The position numbers and the translations under genes were made by a program. This document shows, piece by piece, positions 42,835 to 54,670 of a DNA stretch of 64,000 nucleotides. The stretch lies in contig CAXXJV010000001.1 of assembly GCA_963663475.2 (NCBI GenBank), forward strand, positions 1,088,001 through 1,152,000, in the 5' to 3' direction. The notes beneath the pieces were generated by a model. The model saw nothing but the letters and a program-made list of their open reading frames with translations. It ran no database searches and was not told the origin of the DNA. The stretch is from Candidatus Cloacimonadales bacterium. GTDB lineage: Bacteria; Cloacimonadota; Cloacimonadia; Cloacimonadales; JAFGVF01. Each line of letters opens with the position of its first letter. The first letter of the stretch is position 1.

Positions 42835-43080
42835 ATGGATCTTAATCAAGCAATAGTAAAGGCTGCAGCTTTATTAGGCGCAGGAATCGCAATGGGAATT
42901 GGTGCTTTAGGACCAGGATTAGGTGAAGGTTTCACAGCAGGAAAAGCATGTGAAGGTATAGCAAGAACTCCAGAAAACGCAGGTTTAATTACCAGAACAA
43001 TGCTTATCGGTCAGGCTGTGTCTGAATCAACAGGTATTTACTCATTAGTGGTAGCATTATTATTAATATTTACTGCTTAA
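42835..43080 (+). CDS. atpE: Fo subunit c, single hairpin, Na+-type signature
   Basis: [22 protein letters not shown]. Confidence 0.95.
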   Translation: MDLNQAIVKAAALLGAGIAMGIGALGPGLGEGFTAGKACEGIARTPENAGLITRTMLIGQAVSESTGIYSLVVALLLIFTA

Positions 43081-43102
43081 TTCTCAATATATTGGAGAAA
43101 GA

Positions 43103-43582
43103 ATGATTAGTATAGATGTCTCAATGGTAGTAGTTATTTTAAACTTCCTACTCTTAATGTTCATCTTAAAAATGGTATTATATAAACCAATTAAAGATAT
43201 GATTAATGAGAGAGAAAGTAAAGTTGCTGCTGATATTGATGATGCCAATAAATCTAAAGAAGAGGCTAAGAAATTAGTCTTAACCAAAGAAGAAGAGTAC
43301 AAAGAAGCTGTAGTAGAAGCGAGGAAACTACGTGATAAAATCAGAAAAGAAGCTGAATTTGATGCTGAGAAGATTATCCAGCAAGCTTATGAAAATCGCA
43401 AATCTATTGTAGCAGAGACTGAAGAACAGCTTGCCCATGAAAAGCAGAAAGTTCAGCAAAAACTTCAAGCTGAACTAGCTGGTCTTGTCTCACAACTAAC
43501 AGGAAAAGTTTTGGCTCAGAAGATAGATTCTGATAAAGATTTAGAGCTTATAAACTCTATAATTGATAGTCGGAGTGAATAA
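43103..43582 (+). CDS. atpF: Fo subunit b
   Basis: N-terminal TM (NFLLL..IL...LYKPI...ERE) followed by coiled coil. Confidence 0.92.
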   Translation: MISIDVSMVVVILNFLLLMFILKMVLYKPIKDMINERESKVAADIDDANKSKEEAKKLVLTKEEEYKEAVVEARKLRDKIRKEAEFDAEKIIQQAYENRKSIVAETEEQLAHEKQKVQQKLQAELAGLVSQLTGKVLAQKIDSDKDLELINSIIDSRSE

Positions 43583-44121
43583 TGAAAGATACTAAAACTG
43601 CAGAACGCTACGCTAATGGATTCTTGGCAGCATTTACTAGTAATGATTTGCCTAATTTATTAGAAGAAGTTAGGGTTCTTCAACAAGTATTAAGAGCTAA
43701 TTCAGACATTTCTCGAGTGCTCTCTTCCCATGTTATCAAAGAGAAGGATAAACTACATATTATTGAACCCTTCATAAAAGAATGCAAGCATGGTGATTAT
43801 TGGCAAAACCTAATTATGTTGCTCTCAGAAAAGAATAGATTAAATCTTTTTGATGATATAAACTATTTCTTAGAACAATATATTTTAGATGAATTAAATA
43901 TAGTGAAAATTACAATAAAAACTGCTCATGAACTCAAAGAGGATATGAAAAATAAGATGGTTAACTTCTTATCAGATAAAATTAAGAAGCAGGTTGAAGC
44001 ATCTTTTGTTACTGATCCCCAAGTTCTGGGTGGCTTTATTGCTGAATCAGATAACTTCATTGTCGATTCTTCAGTAAAACGAAGCTTAGAACAGTTCAGA
44101 CTAAGCTTAATTAAAATGTAA
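43582..44121 (+). CDS. atpH: F1 subunit delta
   Basis: AERYA, KNRL, DP.VLGG, DSSVK. Confidence 0.9.
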   Translation: MKDTKTAERYANGFLAAFTSNDLPNLLEEVRVLQQVLRANSDISRVLSSHVIKEKDKLHIIEPFIKECKHGDYWQNLIMLLSEKNRLNLFDDINYFLEQYILDELNIVKITIKTAHELKEDMKNKMVNFLSDKIKKQVEASFVTDPQVLGGFIAESDNFIVDSSVKRSLEQFRLSLIKM

Positions 44122-44131
44122 GGAATTAAAT

Positions 44132-45634
44132 ATGATAAGACCTGAAGAAATTAGTTCAATCATAAGAGATAGAATAAAGAAATTTACCTTAGATCAAGAT
44201 ATAGCTGAAACTGGAAAAGTTATTCAGGTTGGCGATGGTATTGCTCGTGTATATGGCTTAAAAAATGTTATGTACAACGAGATGTTGCTATTCCCTAATG
44301 ATGTTTTTGGTATGGCTCTTAACTTGGAAGAGGATAGCGTTGGTTGTGTTCTCTTTGGTGATACTACTAAAGTTAAAGAAGGCGACATTGCTAAAAGAAC
44401 TAAGAGAATCTTAGAAGTCCCTGTAGGTGAAGCTTTGCTAGGTAGAGTAGTTAACACTCTAGGTCAACCTTTAGATGGTAAAGGTGAAATTAAGCAAACT
44501 GAATTCTATGAAATGGAAAGAAAGGCTCTTGGGGTAATTGCTCGTCAGCCTGTTGTAGAACCACTTCAAACTGGTATCAAGGCTATTGACTCTATGATAC
44601 CTATTGGTAGGGGACAACGTGAATTAATTATTGGTGATAGACAGACTGGTAAAACTGCTATCGCCTTAGATACTATTATTAACCAAAAAGGTAAGGATGT
44701 TTTCTGTATCTATGTAGCAATAGGACAGAAAGAATCTTCAGTTGCTAAATTTGTCAGAACCCTAGAAGAATATGGTGCTATGGAATATACTACTATTGTT
44801 ATGGCTGGTTCAAGTGAACCTCCTTCAATGCAATACATGGCTCCTTATGCAGGTTGTTCAATTGGTGAATACTTTAGAGATAATGGCAAACATGCCTTAA
44901 TTATCTATGATGATCTTTCTAAGCATGCTGTTGCTTACCGTGAAATTTCCCTTCTTTTGAGAAGACCTCCAGGACGTGAAGCTTATCCTGGTGATGTTTT
45001 CTATCTTCACTCAAGATTGTTAGAAAGAGCTTCTAAGCTTAGTGATAAATTAGGAGGCGGTTCTTTAACAGCTTTACCAATTATCGAAACTAAAGCTGAA
45101 GATATCTCTGCTTATATTCCTACTAACGTGATTTCTATCACTGATGGACAAATCTATCTCTCAAGTAGATTATTCTATTCTGGTAGAAGACCTGCTATTA
45201 ATGCTGGTCTATCTGTTTCACGTGTGGGTGGCTCAGCTCAGATTAAAGCTATGAAACAAGTTGTTGGTCAGCTAAGATTCGCTCTAGCTCAATATACTGA
45301 GCTTGAATCATTTGCTAAATTTGGTTCAGACCTTGATAAAGCTACTCTAGCCCAGTTAAGAAGAGGACAGTCTATTGTGGAAATCCTTAAGCAAGGTCAG
45401 TTCTCTCCTCTATCAGTCCAACAGCAAATCATGATTATTTTTATGGCTAATGAAGGCTATTTAGATGAATTTGATGTTGAAAAGATAAGTGAAATTGAAA
45501 AAGAGCTTTATATTACTTTAGATACTGAGTTCAAAGACTTTACCAAAACACTTGCTGATGGTGCCTTAACAGATGACAAAAAAGCTAAGATGGCTGAAAT
45601 CTGTGAGCATGTAGCAGCTAAATTCAGATCTTAA
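44132..45634 (+). CDS. atpA: F1 subunit alpha
   Basis: [46 protein letters not shown]. Confidence 0.98.
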   Translation: MIRPEEISSIIRDRIKKFTLDQDIAETGKVIQVGDGIARVYGLKNVMYNEMLLFPNDVFGMALNLEEDSVGCVLFGDTTKVKEGDIAKRTKRILEVPVGEALLGRVVNTLGQPLDGKGEIKQTEFYEMERKALGVIARQPVVEPLQTGIKAIDSMIPIGRGQRELIIGDRQTGKTAIALDTIINQKGKDVFCIYVAIGQKESSVAKFVRTLEEYGAMEYTTIVMAGSSEPPSMQYMAPYAGCSIGEYFRDNGKHALIIYDDLSKHAVAYREISLLLRRPPGREAYPGDVFYLHSRLLERASKLSDKLGGGSLTALPIIETKAEDISAYIPTNVISITDGQIYLSSRLFYSGRRPAINAGLSVSRVGGSAQIKAMKQVVGQLRFALAQYTELESFAKFGSDLDKATLAQLRRGQSIVEILKQGQFSPLSVQQQIMIIFMANEGYLDEFDVEKISEIEKELYITLDTEFKDFTKTLADGALTDDKKAKMAEICEHVAAKFRS

Positions 45635-45647
45635 GTAGAAGGTTAAG

Positions 45648-48302
<2,655 letters not shown>

Positions 48303-48328
48303 AAGTATTAACTTGTTTGATAAATATT

Positions 48329-48357
48329 AGCTCTCTACTTGGTAGGGAGCTTTTTTT
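48329..48357 (+). terminator. Intrinsic terminator of the atp operon
   Basis: AGCTCTCTAC-TTG-GTAGGGAGC followed by T7. Confidence 0.85.
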
Positions 48358-48388
48358 GTGATGGAGAAATGAAAAATAAGAAAAAAAC

Positions 48389-48442
48389 TTAACACAAAGG
48401 CACAAAGAAGAGACTATCCACGGATTACACTGATTAACACAG
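48389..48442 (+). repeat. 54-bp intergenic repeat (ACACAAAG/CACGGATT/CACTGATT units)
   Basis: 51/54 identical to 50525..50578. Confidence 0.8.
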
Positions 48443-48801
48443 CCTGCTTTTTGTTGGAGACCGGAGTTCCTCAGCCGTAGGCAAGGGACTTCGGGTGAAG
48501 AGTGTCGGAAGTCGCTACTCCGTGAGTAACTCCCGTCACTCTTCATATAATCTTACTTGTAACTTTCTATTATTCAAGCAATATGCTATAATGAAAGTCT
48601 CTTATTTACCACCAGACTTGAACAAGAGCCGATTTTAAGATAGCGTGGTTAACTATTCTGTCACCAGTTTATAGCTATGGATAGTATTATATTGTATTTT
48701 ATTGCATTGTATTGAGCAAGCAAAAATCTAAGTAGCTAACATACTGTAATACTTATTACAATAAGCATTAATAAAGTTTTTAAAAAAATATCAAATAAAT
48801 A

Positions 48802-48830
48802 TTGACATCTAAAATCATAAATCATATCTT
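48802..48830 (+). promoter_or_regulatory. Sigma70-like promoter
   Basis: TTGACA-17 nt-TATCTT upstream of the FG-GAP gene at 48878. Confidence 0.6.
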
Positions 48831-48877
48831 AGGATTATAACTTAAATAGTAAAGTTACTAACCTCATAGGAGGATCA

Positions 48878-50518
48878 ATGAAATTATTAAAATATTGCTG
48901 TGTTACTCTAATGTTGCTTTTATCTCTGAATGCCTTTGCCCAAAATTATATGGATACAATGAATACTTTTGAAGGACCGTGGGGAAATAGTAAATATGGA
49001 GAGTATATGGCAACTTTGGATTTTAATGCAGATGGGATTGATGATCTGTTTGTTTTGGCGAGAAATGGTCCATCATCAATTAGTGAAGTACATGTCTTTT
49101 GGGGAGGAAATAATTTTGGAGATAATAACACTCCTGATTATATAATACCTATGACTGGATCAAATGGCAGTGATGGAGTCTTTGCCTGCGGAGACGTTAA
49201 TGGAGATGGCTATGATGATATAGCTATTGCTGGATTAGTACTTTTTGATTCTCCTTCCCCAGATTTTCGCTATTTCCGCTTCTATTACGGTGGACCTGAT
49301 GTTGTACTTGATTTCACAGATTACGATTATGAATACGGTTACCTGGTAGGTCCAGGATATTATAATAATAGAGAAGCATTTTCTTCCTGCTTGGGAGATG
49401 TAAATGGTGACGGATGTGATGATATGGGATTTGGCTTACAAAGGGAGTCTGGGTCAAGAGATCTCGGAATCATGGTAGGTGGAACTTTTGAGATTATTAT
49501 TGTGGAAAATTTTCTACAGCCATTAGCCTCTAATATTGAAGCAATGGGAGATTTGAATAATGATGGATTTGCTGATTTTGCTGTAGGGTATCTGAATTTT
49601 TCCAATGAAAATATTACTAAAATATATTATGGGGATTCTACCTTATCGCTTACTAATAATAACATAATTTGCAATTATGATCTAACTTATGATTTTAACG
49701 GTGCGATAACAGTTGGTGATATGAACGGAGATGGATCACCTGATTTTCTTTTTCCTACTACAGAAGAGAATACCTCTGATTATTTTGGCTTAGCCCTTTG
49801 GCAAGATACTTTTGAAAATTCAAATATATTACCAATAATATGCAATCAATATCATCCTACATACATTAGCGGATCTTCAAGCTTTGGTAGAAGAATTAAG
49901 CACGGTGATTTAAATGGAGATGGCTATAGTGATTTTGTTGGAAGTAATTCGTCCTATGGCTTATGGGATGGGACAGCAGCTATATGGTTAGGAGGAGAAA
50001 ATCCTAACGGCATCTATGATTTACAGCTAACATGTCCAATATATCCTGAGTTTTCAGGATATTTTGGTTTAAATGTAAATGTTGGAGACTATAATAATGA
50101 TGGCTATGATGATATTGCTATTTCAGCTCCAGATGATTGGGGAGGTTATGCTACACCGGGTTATGTAACAATTTATGCTGGTAATCCCAATTTAACAGAC
50201 ACAACAGTAGCTAATGAAGATAACGATGTTTCACCTCAAGCAAGCACTAATTTAATCATCTATCCGAACCCAGTTTCCAGTAAAGATCTTAAACTTAATC
50301 TAAAACTTGAGGGTGCTTTACCCAAGAATATAGAAAACGCGATGGTTTCTGTCTATAATATCAAAGGACAGAAAGTTCATGAGAGAAAACTCAACCCTTC
50401 AAATATCAAAAACTCTAGTGATGCCATTAAGTTAGAATCTTTAGCATCAGGATTATACATCGCAACTATCAAAATTAATAACAAGAGACTAGCAACATCA
50501 AAATTTTTTGTTAAGTAA
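48878..50518 (+). CDS. FG-GAP secreted protein with T9SS-type tail (distant paralog of copies A-C)
   Basis: LDFNADGIDDL, CGDVNGDGYDD and further repeats; tail IYPNP...VYNIKGQKV...LASGLY. Confidence 0.9.
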   Translation: MKLLKYCCVTLMLLLSLNAFAQNYMDTMNTFEGPWGNSKYGEYMATLDFNADGIDDLFVLARNGPSSISEVHVFWGGNNFGDNNTPDYIIPMTGSNGSDGVFACGDVNGDGYDDIAIAGLVLFDSPSPDFRYFRFYYGGPDVVLDFTDYDYEYGYLVGPGYYNNREAFSSCLGDVNGDGCDDMGFGLQRESGSRDLGIMVGGTFEIIIVENFLQPLASNIEAMGDLNNDGFADFAVGYLNFSNENITKIYYGDSTLSLTNNNIICNYDLTYDFNGAITVGDMNGDGSPDFLFPTTEENTSDYFGLALWQDTFENSNILPIICNQYHPTYISGSSSFGRRIKHGDLNGDGYSDFVGSNSSYGLWDGTAAIWLGGENPNGIYDLQLTCPIYPEFSGYFGLNVNVGDYNNDGYDDIAISAPDDWGGYATPGYVTIYAGNPNLTDTTVANEDNDVSPQASTNLIIYPNPVSSKDLKLNLKLEGALPKNIENAMVSVYNIKGQKVHERKLNPSNIKNSSDAIKLESLASGLYIATIKINNKRLATSKFFVK

Positions 50519-50524
50519 AAGAGA

Positions 50525-50578
50525 TTAACACAAAAGCACAAAGAAGAGTTTATCCACGGATTACACTGATTAACACAG
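50525..50578 (+). repeat. 54-bp intergenic repeat, second copy
   Basis: Direct repeat of 48389..48442. Confidence 0.8.
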
Positions 50579-50583
50579 ATTTT

Positions 50584-50748
50584 AACCCAAATGGTGCAAT
50601 AGAGCTTTGAGAATAGCAGAATATTCTTCTGCAAAAGTAACTTACATAATTCTTCCGAATATATATATTATATGTGTCAGAAATCTGCAAGCTATTTTGC
50701 TAAAAGAATTTGCACTCTTCTCTAAAGGTTTATTGCACCATTTTGGTT
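50584..50748 (+). mobile_element. MITE-like repeat family A, full copy
   Basis: AACCCAAATGGTGCAATAGAGCTTTG ... AAAGGTTTATTGCACCATTTTGGTT. Confidence 0.8.
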
Positions 50749-50886
50749 AAAAACTAAAGAAGTCCTAAGATTAGATAAGTGTTATCTAAAACTAATTGCC
50801 TAAAATAGCAAATACTACTTGACAAAATAAACAAATTGCTTATTATATCCCAAAAATAAGAACTGATGTAAATCAGAGGAGGAATT

Positions 50887-52242
50887 ATGTTAAAGACAGA
50901 TGTATTAGTAATAGGATCTTCTGCTGGTGGTATGGTAGCTGCAGTAACTGGTAAAAGAATTAATCCAGACAAGAAGTTTACAGTTGTTACTATAAACGAG
51001 AAGACATTAGTGCCTTGTGGAATACCTTATGTCTTTGGTACTCTTGGAACTACTAATAAGAATATCATACCTGTAGCAGAGAATTTTGCTAAGATGGGCA
51101 TTGAATTTATTAATAATGAAGTTACAGAAATTATTAAAGAAGAAAAAAGGGTTAAATTACAGGATAAGAGGGAAATTGAATTTGATAAATTAATTATCGC
51201 AACTGGTTCATTCCCCTACAAACCATTATGGTTAAAAGGTGCAGATTTTGATAATGTTTATGCGGTGCCAAAAAATAAGATTTATTTAGATGAAATGCAA
51301 GAAAAGTTAGCTGCTGCTAATAAAATTATTGTTATCGGAGCTGGTTTTATTGGAGTTGAATTATCTGATGAATTAAAGAAGGTGGGTAAGGATGTAACAC
51401 TAATCGAAAGACTTCCCAATATACTTTCCTTAGCTTTTGATACTGATGTGTCTGACAGAGCAGAGGCTATTCTTAAAGAAAATGGTGTTAAGGTGCTGAC
51501 AAATACTACTGTAAGCGAGATAACAGGTGATGCTAAGGCTGATGGTGTATTATTAGAAGACGGAAGTAAACTTGAAGCTGATGCTGTAATTCTTTCAATG
51601 GGTTATAAGCCTAATAGCCAATTAGCTATAAAGTCCCATTTAGGTATTAATGATGCTGGCTTTATCAAGGTTGATGAGTATATGAGAACTTCTCATCCTG
51701 ATATCTTTGCAGTAGGTGATTGTGCTGAGAAAAAGCATTTTATCACAGGCCAGTCAGTCCCTATGATGTTAGCTTCTACAGCTTGTGCTGAGGCAAGATT
51801 AGCAGGGATGAATCTCTTTGGTATCTCTGCTATTAAGACTTTTAGTGGTACTATATCTATCTTTGCAACAGCATTGGGTAAGACTGCATTTGGTGTTGCA
51901 GGTATTACTGAAAAAGAGGCTAAAGAAATTGGAATAAATTATGTAACTGGTTCCTTTGAAGGTGTTGATAGACATCCAGGAAGTTTATCAGACACTTCCA
52001 AGCAGTTTGTTAAATTTGTTGTTGCTAAGGATTCAGGTGTTATTTTAGGTGGTGAAGTTGTTGGTGGCTTATCTACTGGTGAAATGACTAATACTATTGG
52101 TATTATGATTCAAAATAGGATGAACATCAATAGTTTATTAACTGCTCAGATAGGTTCACATCCACTTCTTACAGCTTCCCCAGCTGGTTTCCCAATGATA
52201 AAAGCAGCTGAAATGGCTGTCTTTAATATGCTTAAGAAATAA
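50887..52242 (+). CDS. FAD-dependent pyridine nucleotide-disulfide oxidoreductase (NADH oxidase/CoA-disulfide reductase-like)
   Basis: VIGSSAGG, single redox Cys in PCGIPY, IATGS, VIGAGFIG.E, TS.PDIFAVGDC. Confidence 0.88.
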   Translation: MLKTDVLVIGSSAGGMVAAVTGKRINPDKKFTVVTINEKTLVPCGIPYVFGTLGTTNKNIIPVAENFAKMGIEFINNEVTEIIKEEKRVKLQDKREIEFDKLIIATGSFPYKPLWLKGADFDNVYAVPKNKIYLDEMQEKLAAANKIIVIGAGFIGVELSDELKKVGKDVTLIERLPNILSLAFDTDVSDRAEAILKENGVKVLTNTTVSEITGDAKADGVLLEDGSKLEADAVILSMGYKPNSQLAIKSHLGINDAGFIKVDEYMRTSHPDIFAVGDCAEKKHFITGQSVPMMLASTACAEARLAGMNLFGISAIKTFSGTISIFATALGKTAFGVAGITEKEAKEIGINYVTGSFEGVDRHPGSLSDTSKQFVKFVVAKDSGVILGGEVVGGLSTGEMTNTIGIMIQNRMNINSLLTAQIGSHPLLTASPAGFPMIKAAEMAVFNMLKK

Positions 52243-52260
52243 TAGATATATTTGAAATAG

Positions 52261-52302
52261 AAGCAAAACTGGAATATGCTTATTTTGGTTTTGCTTTTTT
52301 TT
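52261..52302 (+). terminator. Intrinsic terminator
   Basis: AAGCAAAACTGGAAT...ATTTTGGTTTTGCTT followed by a T-tract. Confidence 0.65.
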
Positions 52303-52303
52303 A

Positions 52304-52829
52304 GGCTCTTGTTCAAGTCTGGTGGAAGAAAATTAGTAAAAATACAAAATTTTATAATTAGTTTGATTATCCAAAACATCCCTGTAAGGGATTAGTAATT
52401 TAGCCTAGGGTAAGCTACCACAGGGAGCGTCACCCTAGGTACAATGACCTAAACAAAACCGTAACCCTGTAAGGGTTTCATATAATTCTAACAAGTTATT
52501 ATAATAAGTATCTTGCTGATTTTATATGGAATGGAAGCATCCTTGCTTCCACATTTTTCTTATGGCAAGGATGCCATAAGTCCATAATTAAACCCTTTCA
52601 GGGTTACCAACTTTAGATGCATCAAAACCCAGGGTGGCAATCCCTTCAGGATTTTACCCTGGGCTAATTTATTCATCCCCTCTGGGGATATAAGACCTAT
52701 CCTTTCAGGATTAAGTCTTATTCAGCAAAAACCAAGAACCAATATAACAATATAATCCGTAAACTACTGTAATACAATATCTAGTTCAAAATAATACTAA
52801 ATTATTTCCACCAGACTTGAACTTGAGCC
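52304..52829. mobile_element. MITE-like family C (24-bp terminal IRs) containing nested REP-like inverted repeats
   Basis: GGCTCTTGTTCAAGTCTGGTGGAA / TTCCACCAGACTTGAACTTGAGCC (22/24); a solo copy of one end is at 48609..48630. Confidence 0.75.
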
Positions 52830-52892
52830 GAAAAAATCCACTCTTCTTGCAGCTACAAAGATGTCGCTACTCTGGAGCTTATAGGTATTTTT

Positions 52893-54050
52893 TTATTTAA
52901 TTCTCTCAATATTCTTTAGTTTCTCTAAAATATTATTGAATAGAGTCTGGTTATTAATGATTTTCTCAATTACTCCAGTCTCAAGGAGAAAGATAAACTC
53001 CTCCTCTAAGTTAAGATAAGTAATTTTCTTCATTTTACTCAATTTATTTTTAAAGTTCAGGTACCATGCTTTGTAATTTTGATAAGATTCTAGTAATCTA
53101 TCAACCTGGGAATGACTACGATATTGATATTTAAGGTGTTTTAAGTAAATGAATATTACCTCATAGACAGGAAATCTTTCTTTGTAGAGCCGAAAAGGAA
53201 TAATGGGAGATAAAGCATACTTATTCATCAGATTATAGACACGTTGATAAAAGGGTTCAGAAAAAGACCGTAAAGGAGAGCCTGATATAAAGTCTTGTTG
53301 ATACATTTTTTGATATATATCCAAGTATTGAGGATAATATTTCTTAATCATTTGCATATAAATGTCTTTATTTCTACCTGGACGAAGAGTTAAACCACCT
53401 GGTAAGACAAAAGAAACATCTAATGACTTGTAAAGGGTGAAAAGTCTTTCTAAATCTTGAGGGTTATCTACTATTTTTGGGAGTATGGGCATAGCTGTAA
53501 TACCAATAGTAATACCTCTATTTTTAAGGATTCTTAAAGAATCTACTCTTTCTTCAATAGAAGAGGCATTGGGCTCAATAATCTTGCGATGTTTATCATC
53601 AGGAAAAGTCAAAGATGAAGATACTGTAACACCTGCTAGCTGATTAAGTTCATCTAGGAGGTCAATATCTCTTAAGATGCTAGCTGATTTAGTTATGATA
53701 AATAGTGGGTATTTATGTTTGATTAAGACTTTGAGACTTGCAGTCATTATTTCTTCTTCTAACTCACAAGGTTGGTAAGCATCTGAAATACCTGAACCAA
53801 CCAATATAACCCCCCAATCTCTTTCTTTTGTCAGATCTTCATCTAATTGTTGAGCTGTGTTCTTACGGACAACTATATCCTGTTCAAAATCACCTTCTAC
53901 ATAATAGCGTTCAGCTCTACCGTCACAATATTTACAAGCATGCTGACAGGCCATATAAGGTGAAAAAGAGTATTTACTGGCGAAATAAGAGTCAATATAA
54001 TTATTTTTCTTTAAGATCTTTTTTACTTCTTTGTAGTGTTTATTTATCAT
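52893..54050 (-). CDS. Radical SAM protein (spore photoproduct lyase-like family)
   Basis: SPYMACQHACKYC (CxxxCxxC), SDAYQP.E, ITKS..I.RD.D, EP.AS. Confidence 0.88.
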   Translation of the reverse strand: MINKHYKEVKKILKKNNYIDSYFASKYSFSPYMACQHACKYCDGRAERYYVEGDFEQDIVVRKNTAQQLDEDLTKERDWGVILVGSGISDAYQPCELEEEIMTASLKVLIKHKYPLFIITKSASILRDIDLLDELNQLAGVTVSSSLTFPDDKHRKIIEPNASSIEERVDSLRILKNRGITIGITAMPILPKIVDNPQDLERLFTLYKSLDVSFVLPGGLTLRPGRNKDIYMQMIKKYYPQYLDIYQKMYQQDFISGSPLRSFSEPFYQRVYNLMNKYALSPIIPFRLYKERFPVYEVIFIYLKHLKYQYRSHSQVDRLLESYQNYKAWYLNFKNKLSKMKKITYLNLEEEFIFLLETGVIEKIINNQTLFNNILEKLKNIERIK

Positions 54051-54212
54051 ATACTGATTAAGAATAATTTTGAAATTCTGTCAATCAGAAAAGAATATAA
54101 TCCAAGCATAACCAATATTTAGTCTATGATGCTATTGAGTAAATTGATGAGCTGATTTACCTATATTCTAAGTTTGTGGGTTATAAAAGGATAAATTATG
54201 AATATGCTATTA

Positions 54213-54377
54213 AACCCAAATAATGCAGTAGACCTTTGTGAACAGCACTATATTCTTCTGCAAAAGTAAGATCCATAATTTCTCCGAATATATAAAATAT
54301 ATGCGTCAAAATTCTGTAAGCTATTTTGCTAGAATAATCTGCACTCTTCACTAAAGCTCTACTACACTATCTGGGTT
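54213..54377 (+). mobile_element. MITE-like repeat family A, full copy
   Basis: Near-identical to 29286..29450. Confidence 0.8.
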
Positions 54378-54670
54378 AAAAGCTAAGTAGGTTAAAAACA
54401 TCTTTTCAAACGTAAGAATTTACAAACACATTCCTTATAAATGTGAGTACCATGAGAAGTTGCAATTACGGATCACTTTCTCTTTAAAAAAAATGGGTGT
54501 ATGCTAACAAAAACTCTATAAATTACTTGACAACTAATTTATTATTTCAAAAATTTGAAGAGTGTCAAAATGACTTTTATAGATTAATATAGAAATGCCA
54601 AAGATTGGTAAGCTTATACTTATCATAACTAGCTTGAATTACACCACATAATTTAACAAAGGAAGCAATT

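Noticed and set aside
45214-45229. parS site (TGTTTCACGTG...)
   Set aside because: Only 11 of 16 bases match, it is not palindromic, and it lies in conserved atpA codons (SVSRVG)
48389-50578. CRISPR array
   Set aside because: Repeats are dispersed, not regularly spaced with unique spacers, and there are no cas genes
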